Shown: one piece after another, positions 1 to 11,473 of the stretch | Layout: each line of letters starts with the position of its first letter | Position numbering within the stretch: the stretch's first letter is position 1 | Origin: Adineta vaga | Lineage: Eukaryota; Animalia; Rotifera | Direction: 5' to 3' | NCBI GenBank assembly: GCA_021613535.1 | Contig: CP075497.1 | Coordinates: forward strand, 12,524,001 to 12,588,000 | Length of the DNA: 64,000 nt | Notes under the pieces: generated by a model | Told to the model about the DNA's origin: nothing | Databases searched by the model: none | What the model saw: the letters and a program-made list of their open reading frames with translations, nothing else | Translations under genes and position numbers: made by a program

Positions 1-136
1 GAAGGAGGACGATGTGATTCGAGCGGCGTCATTCATTGCATAATATGTTAATAGAAGTCATCCATCGCTATTCATCGTGAACAAGTCATTTCCATAATTT
101 GAAAAAGCAAATCTAACGACACATCGTCATACAACA

Positions 137-1162
137 ATGATCTTGATAACATATGAATTTCTGATTTGTTTTGTAAGTTTTAGTTTTGTTTTCAATTAAA
201 GGAAAAATTTTATTTTTTTTTAAGTATTTGTCAATATTAATTATAATTGATTGTTCAACAACATCCTCATCAATTCTATTAAATCGTTTAAAAAAACATA
301 AAACAATTACATTTCAATCAACATTGAGTTCACCAAAAGAATTAAATATTGAACAAAATATGAAGTTTAATTTAACATGTTCATTTTTATCAAATTTTCC
401 TCAAATTGATATTTTTTGGCTTCATAATGGAACATTAATTCAATCATTTATTTCCAAAGTAATTCATTTTTATTTTTCTTTCGAACAAAAAAAGATTATT
501 ATTCTTATTTTTAGTCAATTTCAAATGAAGAAGATTCTTTTCTTGCTGTTTCAATTGTTTCAACAATATCTATTGAAAAAATTCATTTTGATATGAATGG
601 ATTTTATCAATGTATTGGAGTACATCAAGAAGTTTATGCTCAACAAACATTTTCTGTAAATATAAATCTAAACGGTAAAATTAAAAAAACAACAAAAAAA
701 CAAGAATTCTATTTAAAATTTTTCATTAATAGATATTAGTTTAATACCAGTAAGTTTTTCTCGAGATGCATCTTTTGTTGGTAAGTCAAAACAAATCTAT
801 GAATTCTAAATATAGTTCCGGAAATTGTTTTTCAATAGTTCATACGGTACAAGCATTATTTGAACCTCGTAATTCGATTTCCTTGCTTTGTCGTATAAGT
901 GAATATAAAAAGAAAGAATGTCAAATACAATGGTTTGACCCAAATGAGGAATCTTTGGATATGCTCGGTGAAAATACAGATTTGGTGATTAAAAATGCAA
1001 CATTTGAACTTGATATGGGTTTATATACTTGTCAAATATGTTGTGCAAGTCAATGTCAAAAGTTAACTTCATTTATTTATCCAGTAAGATGTTTAAAAAA
1101 GTGAAGAAAAAAAAAGATTTTAATATTTTTATTTTTAGACTGAAGAAGATGAACAAAACTAA
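137..1162 (+). CDS. Secreted two-Ig-domain protein, IMP-L2/ZIG-like (multi-exon)
   Basis: ATG 137; exon 1 MILITYEFLICF splices (GT 173) to YLSILIIIDCS, forming a signal peptide. Ig1: LTC..IFWLHNG..DMNGFYQC. Ig2: LLCR..IQWFDP..LVIKNA..DMGLYTC. The C-terminus SFIYP|TEEDEQN* (TAA 1160-1162) resembles the TFxYP end of IMP-L2/ZIG proteins. Confidence 0.7.
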
Positions 1163-2270
1163 ACTTTATTTAATGTAATTATTTGTATCTAATTCCGTTT
1201 TGCTTTTGTATTATATATGAAATAAAAAAAAAGAACAGATTTAGATTAGAAAACATTTTTAATAAAAAAATTGGTTTAATGTCGACTTTGTTATTCAGCT
1301 ATTCAAATGAGAATATATCCTATTCTATGATGTTGAATCATTCTGTGGTGTATAGTACAGAATTGACATTCGATAAATCTTAGATTTTTTACGAACAGAA
1401 AACTATTAACATTAATAAATATGAAAAACAAATATTCAAGATGAATTGAAACATCAATATGTGTTGTTTAATTTTGCACGCATCGCTTCTTTACCATCCG
1501 CTGTGATCATCATACTGTAACTTTAAATATTTCAAGTTATAATCTTCAACACAACAATGATTATTAAAGGCAGAATATTGTTTAAGACGATTGAGTTCAT
1601 CATTATTAAGAGTTATTGATAAATTTATTCGCCGCAATACCGACATCAAATCTTCACTTGTTAATAATTCGATGAATACTAATTCATTGTTTAGTTTCCA
1701 TAAAAAAAATTTCATAAATCTAAAATTATGTAATTGATTCATAGGAACTAATCGATATTTATTTTGGTAAATGAAAATTCAGATTATCTAGAATATCAGT
1801 TCATATGATATGAAAATACACAAATGTCTCCGATAAAGGTCGTGTTAACATCATACAGGCGATCAAAGACAATACGATATTCGCATTGAAAATTCTACAA
1901 CTATTGATTTCACTTTCGATTGTATACATTTCTACGAAAATATTTTTTTTAATTTACTGATCAATCGAAATTCACATCTTGTATCAATTATCAATGACTC
2001 AATTCTGTTAAATTGAAAATAGTGAGATATCGTCTTTCAATAAGTAATAATGTCTTATGATGATTAAGAGAAAGAAATCTATCGGTATGAATTTCGTTGC
2101 TAGAATGTTTTTATTGATAGGTGTTTGAATATAAATGAACCTTTCGTATACAAAATAAATGGTAAAACGAAAGACAAACGGACATCGGAACACACGTGCT
2201 TAAACAACTAATGCTGAAAGAGAAAGAACAGAACAAAAAAAGAAACGAATAGTCACTGGATTTCGCATAT

Positions 2271-4292
2271 TCACGAAGTTTTACGATATTTCATAAATGT
2301 AAAAAGACCAACAGCAGCCAGTGCAGCACTGCCTAAGCCAATATACAACCACCAATTGTTACTTGAATTATCAGTCTAGAAGAAAATTCTTATATAAATT
2401 AACAAAAAAAACTAAATCGAACCTGTTTATTCTGTTTTGATTGGCGTTGTTGTTTATTACCAGTTGTTGTTGATGGTGTTGGCTGAAACATTCGACGATA
2501 AATCTCTTTTTCATTTTTTTGATAATTAGCTAATTTATTTTCACATGTTGTAATCATTTCATTAACTTTATCATAATCTCCTGCAGCACTTGCATTTCCT
2601 CGTTGAATTTGTGCAAATGTTTTTAATGGTTGAATTGCTTGATCATATTTTCCTAATTCAAACAATGCTTTACCTTGTCGAAAAAGAGCTTTAACGTTTT
2701 TTGGATCATGTCTAAGAACATTTTCCACAGCATTTAAACATTCGGGATATTTTAATAAGAATAAATTAACTTGAGCAACATTATTTTGTACTTGAATATA
2801 ACCATCGATTAAAATTGATCGTTGACTTTCATCGAATGAAATTGAAATAGGATTATTTGTAATATCTAAGAAACGAAGGGCACCGCGATAACATTGAAGT
2901 GCATTTGAATATTCACGACGACGATAATATAAATTTCCCATTTGACGTTTTTTATCACCCCAAAAAAGTCTTTCATCAATAGATAATGTTTGAACATCAG
3001 GTGGACTCTTCCAATCATAAAGTTCTAAATCAATTTTCATTCGATATGACTGATTATTTGCTGGTGGAATTTGTTTTTCTTCACAACCAAGTTCACCATA
3101 ACAATGTCGAATATCCGAATCAATTATAGCACGTTCACCACGATTCATAAATTGAACGGAAAGATCAATTGCTGGGATCATATCAAATTCACTGATGAAA
3201 AAACTTTCATTAGAAACAGTTTCAATAACACGAATATCTGATGTTAAATTATCAACCAATGATAATGTATATGAAATAGTTGCTAAGGTACTACGTGTTG
3301 GACGAGTTGATGGGATACCTTGTTCGATTATCTAAAGAAATTCTCTTTTAAGATAATCATCGATAGAAAGAGATGATATTTACTTGTTTAATCAAAGTTT
3401 TATTTCCAAGAATATCTTCAGATTCAGGTAAAGGTGTTGATAATAATGGTTGTTGTTGTTGTTCTTCTTCTTTATTGTCGAGATGATTTATTTGTTCTAG
3501 AATTGTAGCAGCTGCTGGTGTTGGTAATGGCGGATAATCTTCTTCATTTAATTGAATAGGAATTTGATGTGCTTCAGGTGATGCTAAAGGTGGAAAATCT
3601 TCTTCTGTAAAATGAGGTTCACTTTGAAGTGGAGTTTCTTCTTTTATCGATTCATTTAATTCGTCGTCGTCTTCTTCTTCTTCTTCATCATCATCTTGTT
3701 CTTCTTCAGAAACTTCTATTTGTTCTATATGAGGTGATTGTGCTTCAACTTCTGTAAATGAATGATTATTTGATGAATCTTGTTCTGGAGATAATTCAGT
3801 TTCATGATGTTCATAAGGTGTTTCAAGTGCTGTTAATGGACGATCATCAGTTATATTTGATTCAGATTCTGTTGATGAAGGAGTTGTTTCATGATCAATT
3901 GGTGTTTTATCAACCGGTACTTCAGCTGGTGGAATTTCATTTTCATCAAGTTCACGTTGAGCTCTAAAATTTGATTCATTTATGTAAAGTAGAGACGATA
4001 AAAGAAACAAAGAAAAGATGATTTACTTGAATTCATCAGGTTTATCATCATGAATTTGATGGTCTGTATCCAAACTTGCGTCAATATTTGTAGTTTCATT
4101 ATTAATTAATAATGGATCAAATGAATTCATTTGATCTGAATTATTCCCAAATTCATTGTTAATATTTGAATCATCAATAAATTCATTTCCATTTACATGA
4201 TTCATTGATAAATCCTCTTGATGGTCATCATGTGAAATATCTTTTGAAAATCTTCTTTCCTGATGAATTTCTGTATTGATCTCGTCGGCCAT
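2271..4292 (-). CDS. FKBP8: FKBP8/FKBP38-like peptidyl-prolyl isomerase (acidic N-terminus, FKBP domain, TPRs, C-terminal TM anchor); 4 exons
   Basis: Glu-rich N-terminus. FKBP-like segment (IPAIDLSVQFMNRGERAII..CYGELG..IPP). TPRs (GNLYYRRREYSNALQCYRGAL; NVKALFRQGKAL). The last exon, read by hand, is TDNSSNNWWLYIGLGSAALAAVGLFTFMKYRKTS*, a tail anchor typical of FKBP8. Confidence 0.88.
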
Positions 4293-4418
4293 TCGACGAG
4301 TTTATATATTCAATAAAAAAATAAGTGAAATCTAAAAATGAATAGATTTATAAGAATACATTTGACGTCCTGAGAAAATTCATTTTGTGAAAAAAGAAAA
4401 GAGAGAACAGATTTGTTT

Positions 4419-5072
4419 TTACTTCGATAATCTTTGTGAAGAAGAATTATTTTTGGGATATTTCTGTTGAGATTCATTTAATGTCAATCTTCTTTTCGAT
4501 GAAAAGGCTGGTGGATCATAATCTGTTCCAATATCATTTGTTAAACGTTTTTCTTCATCAATTGGAATTAATTTCAATCCTAAAATTGAATAAGTTTCAC
4601 AACTGAAATCTTCATTCGTTGATTTTGCACAAGAAAGAATTTTTTTCAAAGCTAACTGAATTTGTTCATAACTAAAAAAAGAAAAGGATTGCATCAAAAA
4701 CAAATAGTTTGAAATGAAAGCAAAGAAACCGTTGATGAATTTGATTTGTTTGTTGATCAATAAATAATTGTCGTTCAGCTAATCGTGCATGTTCACCACG
4801 TATTTGATGAAGACGTTCTTTAACTAAATGATATTGTTGTATTAAATTTGTTTGATGATTTTGAAGAGTTTTCAATTGATTTTCTAATTGATTATTTTCT
4901 TCTTCAACTGAATTGCAGATCGATTTTAGTGAACGTTCACTTTCTTCATATGTTCGAAGTGCTTGTTCGAGAACATTCTCATTTTCTATTTTAATTTATT
5001 TGATTAGAAGAAAAAACAACGATTTACGTTGTGCTATTCAAACTTACCTACCGAAGAATGTGGACAATCCAT
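4419..5072 (-). CDS. Coiled-coil protein of unknown function (3 exons, about 190 aa)
   Basis: MDCPHSSV|ENENVLEQALRTYEESERSLK...IHQR|YEQIQLALKK...RLSK*, with phase-compatible GT-AG introns and a heptad-rich middle region. Confidence 0.5.
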
Positions 5073-5771
5073 TTGACGAACTTTATCACAAGAAATAAAT
5101 CAATTATTACTTGAGGCAAATTCGACATAAACGTAAACCAAATCCTTTTTCACTTAAGTAAAATTTGGTAAACTATGGATTTTTCTAGTGACGAATACAG
5201 AACCGATTTTAGTGAATAAAATATATTCTTTTTTTATTGAACAATTATTTAAATTTATATTGCTTGGAAGAAGAATAGGATTTGAAATTACATCTAACTC
5301 CATCTATCTTTTTATCACTTTACCACTAAAGATAAGACCAGACCAATCTGTTTTCCGTTGTAAATCTATCGATGAATAAATGATCTACGTGTGGATTTTT
5401 CGTTCCGTTCGAAGTGAAAATTGAGGTTCAGTTCATTTTGCATAAAGTAAAGCAAACTAACATGAACTTTGAATAAAAAGAGTCTTAATTATGTATAGTG
5501 GAATGGTAAGGATTTTTACGAAAGAAAACATTTATATAGTACGGAATTCTCGATGTTTTAATTGTTTGTTTCTAATAGGATAATATTTGTACGTATTCTA
5601 TGAAAAGAAAATATCATTTCAATATACCCGATAGAGAGACTAAGATTATCAGGTTGGGTTTCTATTTATTTGCTAAAGACATATTAATGAGAAAAACAGT
5701 TTTATAGGGCAATTAATTTTTTTCATTGAAATTCTTATTATTTCAACACATGAATAAAGAATTTATTGCAG

Positions 5772-5908
5772 CCCAGGTCAAACGATCCGGTCCGGAACCA
5801 TCCAGTTCCAGGTACTTTCCCATGGCATCCAACGCGGAGAATACAGATATCCTACAGGTTTTCGCTAGAAATAATCGTAATACTGCTTCCAAGAACCATC
5901 GACCTGAG
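5772..5908. mobile_element. Short CCCAG-ended MITE
   Basis: GC-rich island with termini CCCAGGTC...GACCTGAG, similar to the element at 33862. TSD not clear. Confidence 0.55.
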
Positions 5909-6409
5909 AAATAACAAAAAGATTTGAATAAGAATTCTATGAAGATTTTTGTAACAATAGATCAAAACGCCTCACCATGATTGGCCAAATTTGTCACTAG
6001 TAAATTATCTACTTCTAAAAAATACCAAAGTCGATTTTTTTCCCTAGAAATAGCAATAGCTTACAGTGAAATTGATTATTCCTATATTTCAATACACCAT
6101 TTCTAATGATATCAACCTAAAACCATTGTATGCACATGAAATAGATCGAAATCAATATTGATTTACTTACTCTTGCAAGTCTTGATGCCATATTTTCTGA
6201 ATTATCAAACACCACATTATCTTCATTGTCCCCTACACCTTCCAATGTTGCACGAGCAATACAATTATTTACATTCTAGTTAATAAACAATTATTCATGA
6301 ATTTAAAGTGATAGAAAACCTCCTCGAGAATAGCCGTAGTAGACAGTTAGATTGTTGTTTTAATGATCGAAATTAAGAGATTCTGGATGTTTCTCTTATA
6401 AAGATTAGA

Positions 6410-6602
6410 CCCAGAAATGTATAGAAATACGCTATAAAAAGATGGTCGTTTCGTAGTAAGAAATGGCCGAAAATGTCGATCGTAATCCAGAGCGACGGAT
6501 TACGATTAAATACGGTTAAAATTAAGGCAGTAAATTGCCGTTTTCTAACCGTTTTTGGTCGTTTAAGACACCGTTTCCAACCACCGGAATGATCGTCCTG
6601 GG
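6410..6602. mobile_element. CCCAG-ended MITE
   Basis: Termini CCCAG...ATCGTCCTGGG. The right end is the exact reverse complement of the left end (CCCAGGACGAT) of the 33862 element. Confidence 0.6.
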
Positions 6603-7003
6603 ATCTATCTCTTTATCATTTGACCACTTAAGATAAGACCAATCTTTTTTCTCATTTTCTCGTTGTAAATCTATACGACAACAATACATTCGACATATAC
6701 TGCGGGATATTATTTTGCAACAAAGTGACAATATACGAACATCATGACTTCGTGACGAAATAAATACATATATAAATGTACGATAATCAACAGTATTTGT
6801 GATATATAGACTGTACCAATACCATCACTATTCTTTGTATCGTTGTATTAATAATATCGATGAGACTTTCATATTCATACGACAAAAATAAATATTAATT
6901 TTGTGTAAACTTTCGATTTTTCTATCTATATTCTACTAAATTTAGTCTATCATTGAAAATCAAATTCAAATAGCAAATGTTTTAATTGAAACAACTCTAA
7001 TGA

Positions 7004-7797
7004 CCCAGGATGGACATCCCGGCCTCAGAATCCCAACGAATCCTAACAAAACCATCCATGGAAGACAAAACATAAAACACTTTAGTACTTATTGTATCAC
7101 GAAGGAACCCTTAGGAAAAGCATAAAGAAATCATTCCGAATCCAACTACTCGGACTTTTCGGTCTCCTTCCAATATTTTCTGGCTAAATCCGACAGAATA
7201 CGAACTGTTCATAAAGGCGGAACCGATAAAAACCGGACAAAGCGATTCTCCTTATTCCCTTAGGCAACGTCCAGAACTATCGTTACCAACAAAATCCGAA
7301 AAATCCTACGTAAAGTAACCATCTCCGGCATCTATCATTCAATTTTCGAGATTATTTAAATCGGCTTTTTAATCCTTCATATATGACTCTATGAACATAT
7401 CTGAATTTGATTAAAGTCAATTTATGGTAGGATTTTTGAGAAGATTAAAAATCCGATTTTCATCCTGTCAAAAATTGGTAATGGATATTCATTAATGATC
7501 GTTTTAGTATTAGAAGTAAAATGATGAAAATAACAAAGAAAACCGAAGTTCCGAATTGTCGGAAAATCAATTCAAGATCTGCTGGTTTCCTTTTGGTTTT
7601 CGAGTTCTCGTTTATGCGGGGAAATCTAAGGTTTTTCCCGCATTTTCCCAGTATCTTCCGTTGGGATATGATCGGAAACGATTGAATTTAGTCGAATGAA
7701 TTCCGGTCTAGATTAATGCTTCCGTGAAATTCACGGAAGGTGCTGGAACCCATTGTTTCCGGGCTGGATCAAGCAATGGCTCAAGGTATTGGATGGG
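7004..7797. mobile_element. Non-autonomous DNA transposon (CCC...GGG termini, TCCG/CGGA-rich), degenerate
   Basis: Starts CCCAGGA and ends GATGGG. GC-rich subterminal motifs. Internal inverted repeat AAATCGGCTTTTTAATC (~7358) / GATTAAAAATCCGATTT (~7443). No transposase ORF. Confidence 0.5.
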
Positions 7798-8417
7798 TAA
7801 ATAGATCATTATTTGCATCAATCCATTTTATATATACTATGGTTTTAAGTTGATACAATTCGTAGTGAGATACTAAGTTACATGCACAACAATTTTCGAT
7901 GTGAGTTCTCCCACTTTTGAAAATAAAACGATATTTGTTACTTTTAGAAATTGCTCTCCATAAACCAGCATATCAATGCTGTGATCTGTTGCGGTTGGGA
8001 AATAATCATTGTGTGCTTGTTATTAAAAACGTTTTTTTGTTTATGCCAATAACGTCTGTGTATTTAATATCTGTTTTTTGGTCTTTGAAGATCTTAAGGA
8101 TGAGCGTGTGGACAGTTTTGATGGCATCCTCACCCATTCACCATCAATTTTTTCTATTTTCTTAACCGATTCGAGTTGATCAATTTATACTGAGATATCA
8201 GAATCAATATGAAAAACTTAATCGAAAACTCATGTAATTTTTGAGGACATTGAATCTATTGACTCATAATGTAAAAGAACATAAAAGAATTCAACATTTA
8301 CAACTAGATATTGAATTCTAATGATTTCTTTTTAAAATCAATATTTATTCAATATGTTCATTGATATTTTATACCAAAATGATAATCGAATTTCATTTTG
8401 ATTTCTTTTATAAAAAG

Positions 8418-9238
8418 ATGAATTTATTTCAAGAAATGTTCATTATTCTTTTAAGTTTAGTTATAAAATCAAATGGAAATAATTCTCAAAGATCTTCTCG
8501 AGGTTTAATTTTCTTTCAAAAAAAAAACATCTCTATCTATTTGTTTATTAAAAAGGTGCATATGCATATTCATCAAATATCGAAATTCGTTGTTTTTCAT
8601 CTGATTCTTATGTAAAACTATCTAATGGATTAGAGAAATTAATTGGAAATCTTGAAATAGGTGATCAATTAATGACAATTAATGAAAATTCATTTGAAAT
8701 TCAATCAACTGAAATGATCCTTATGTTACATCAATCAACAAATCAAATAAGTAATTTTTATTGAAGAGAAAATAATTCATCTGATTTTCTTTTTGTGAAA
8801 GGTTTATTTTATAATTTAAAAACAAAATCAAATAATGAAATAAGTTTAACAGCGAATCATTTAATTCCAATACGACTTTCCAATAACAAAATTGAATTTA
8901 AATTAACAAAAGATATTGAAATAGGTGATTATTTAATAATAAATGAGAATGGAAAAGTAAAACATTCTCAAATAATTAATAAAACAATTCAAATTAAAAG
9001 AGGATTTTATGCTCCGTTAACAATGAGTGGAACATTATTAATTAATAATATTTATTCAAGTTCATTTGCAAATATTCAAAATCATTATTATGCACAATTT
9101 TATTTATTTCCTTTAAGATTTTATTATCAATTATCAAAGTATTTTTCTTTTCAACAAAATGAAACATTTTTTCAGTTTTTTATTCAGTTTAGTTTTGATT
9201 TTATTTATAAATATTTTCCAAATTTATTAATTGTTTAA
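8418..9238 (+). CDS. Secreted Hint/Hog-domain (hedgehog-related autoprocessing) protein with minimal N-terminal peptide; 3 exons
   Basis: Exons 8418-8502, 8556-8750, 8802-9238. Signal peptide MNLFQEMFIILLSLVIKSNG, then R|CFSSDSYVKL..IGNLEIGDQL, LTANH (TxxH), DIEIGDYL and GFYAPLTMSGTLLINNIYSSSFA, followed by a hydrophobic SRR-like tail. Confidence 0.88.
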
Positions 9239-9580
9239 TAAAAAGAAAAATATCAAATGTGATGCAATTAGTTTCTTTTTCTTAGTCATAAAAGGAAGTG
9301 ATGATGGCAATTAATGATAAAATGATCTCGAATATATTATTCACGAGAAAATTTCATCATATTGAAATAGAATAGAACAGCTAGTTTTAGTCTAAAGCGA
9401 CATCTTTTCTGTTGCATTACCGTACAAAAAAATCGAAGAAGGCTTTGATTTCTATCTGAATGGATGAATTCTGATGAAAAAGATGAAGAGAAGAGTTCGA
9501 TGATTTTTAGAATAAAAAGAAGATTTTCATATAACATAAGTTTATTTATTTTAGATAAAATCTCTTAAAGAAGATCAAAG

Positions 9581-9837
9581 ATGATATTTGGCATTGCTTC
9601 CAAGACTGGATCGAGATTATTTAGTGTAAGTTTTGTTTTTTATTTTATATGTAATTTATTTCAAATCAATTTATTTAGAAATATGATTTATCAAAGTCAT
9701 CAATGAGTAAAGAACGTTTGTCATTCACTGCAGCTGTATTCATGTCACTTGTTGGACTTGGTTTATCAGTCTTTAGCACTAATCAATTACTACTTGCCTC
9801 TTCATCGACACGACCTATGCTAAGCAAATCCCATTAA
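9581..9837 (+). CDS. 67-aa single-TM microprotein, copy 1 (2 coding exons)
   Basis: Exons 9581-9625 and 9679-9837: MIFGIASKTGSRLFS|KYDLSKSSMSKERLSFTAAVFMSLVGLGLSVFSTNQLLLASSSTRPMLSKSH*. Length, intron position and stop are conserved with copy 2. Confidence 0.8.
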
Positions 9838-10600
9838 TCCTACCAACGAAATTCATCTCTCTTTTTCTGCTTATTTTACCTCTCAATACAAAAAAGAGAA
9901 ATACTGTTTTGTACGGAGAATATCAAGATGACAAAGTAAAGAATAAATCAATAGTACAAACAATTTTTACTGTTTTTGTCTTGAATTTTTTATTTGATTG
10001 AAATGGAATGTCTGAAAAAAAACTGTAATTGTCATAGACTGAATAGGTTGATGTTTAGTATGAATTCTGAAGTGCACTTTCTATTGAAACAGAAGTGGAG
10101 TGGACTTGAATAAATATTCTGTCAAACAGGTAAAAAGCTAAATGGAATATTTCATTTTACTGTATCAACAAATATGGATAGTTTTCACATGTCTGTCTTC
10201 CATCTCTTTCCTTACAAATATGTTTTAAGAGTACAAAATAACGCCTACTCATATTTCTACTAATATAAAATGCATTGATCAGTGTTAAATAGAATGATGC
10301 TAATACATTTTTTAATATCCTATATACATTTCTATTACTATTGACATGATATTATATAAGAATTTTGTCTCTTTGACTGATTGAGAGTGACATCTTTGTT
10401 CTATATTCGACCAATTGAGGTTTTTGTGTCACATGAGAACGAATAGATTGTTCGAATAAGATGATGTGTAAAATGTAATGTAAGTACATTTGCACTCACT
10501 CATTGATTGATCAAATGAGTTGAAAGACCGAAGTCGAAAATACATAATTCTCGTTTGTTTTTCTTTTAGATAAAATCTCTTATTGCGAATATCGATTACA

Positions 10601-10867
10601 ATGATATTCAGCGTTATTACTAAGACAGGATCAAGATTATTTCCCGTAAATATTGATTTCTCTTAACAATATCTTTTTCTAAGTTCTCTGTTTGAATCTT
10701 TATTTTAGAAAAATGATTTAACAAATACATCATTAAACAAAGAACGTTTCTCATTCAGTGCAGCTGTACTCATGTCACTTCTTGGAGTTGGTTTATCAGT
10801 GTTTAGTACTAATCAATTACTACTTGCCTCTTCGTCTGCACGACCTCTATTACCAAAATCCCAATAA
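10601..10867 (+). CDS. 67-aa single-TM microprotein, copy 2 (2 coding exons)
   Basis: Exons 10601-10645 and 10709-10867: MIFSVITKTGSRLFP|KNDLTNTSLNKERFSFSAAVLMSLLGVGLSVFSTNQLLLASSSARPLLPKSQ*. Confidence 0.8.
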
Positions 10868-11450
10868 ACTCTTCTCTCTTTTCCTTATTATTATTTTTTT
10901 TGATCAAAAGAGATATTATTTAGTACGAAATTCAAATGAAGACGTAAAAATGAAATCAATAGTACAAATGGATTTTTTCATTTATTATTTTCTTATTCTT
11001 GTTGCTAAAGATTTCATTTGTAAAATAAGAAAGAGAAATGAATAAAATTCAAAAGAAATATCTATTGATTTATTTTTTTCAATTCATTCTCACAGTTTCC
11101 TTCGCCTTTTTCATTTTAATAAAAACACAAGACCCATATGTACCTATATAAAGGTTACAATTGCGTATTTTCCTTTTCTCTAATAGTATTGATTTATTGA
11201 CAGCACGAGACTGTCTGGCATTTCTTTCCTTACAAGTCAAATAATAAGAAACAGGAAATGCTGGAATAGCTGAATTGAAGTTTAACACTGTGGTGAGATA
11301 CAGAGTTGGGCAACTCAGTTCAAAAATAAAAATTCTTTTCTCAGCAACATATTAATTTGAAAGTTAATTGAATTTCCCTTGTGATTTAATATATTATCTT
11401 TGGATTATATTATGTGATTTTTAACTCTGCTAAGATATTTAAGGTATGAT

Positions 11451-11473
11451 GGGTGTGGGTGTGGGTGTGGGTG
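11451..11473 (+). repeat. Interstitial (TGTGGG)n telomere-like repeat
   Basis: GGG TGTGGG TGTGGG TGTGGG TG inside a GT-rich patch (~11443-11600) that also contains TGAGGG. Confidence 0.6.

Noticed and set aside
1491-1990. Minus-strand 83-aa ORF with coding-like upstream sequence
   Set aside because: Stops upstream and no identifiable motif; at most a decayed gene fragment.
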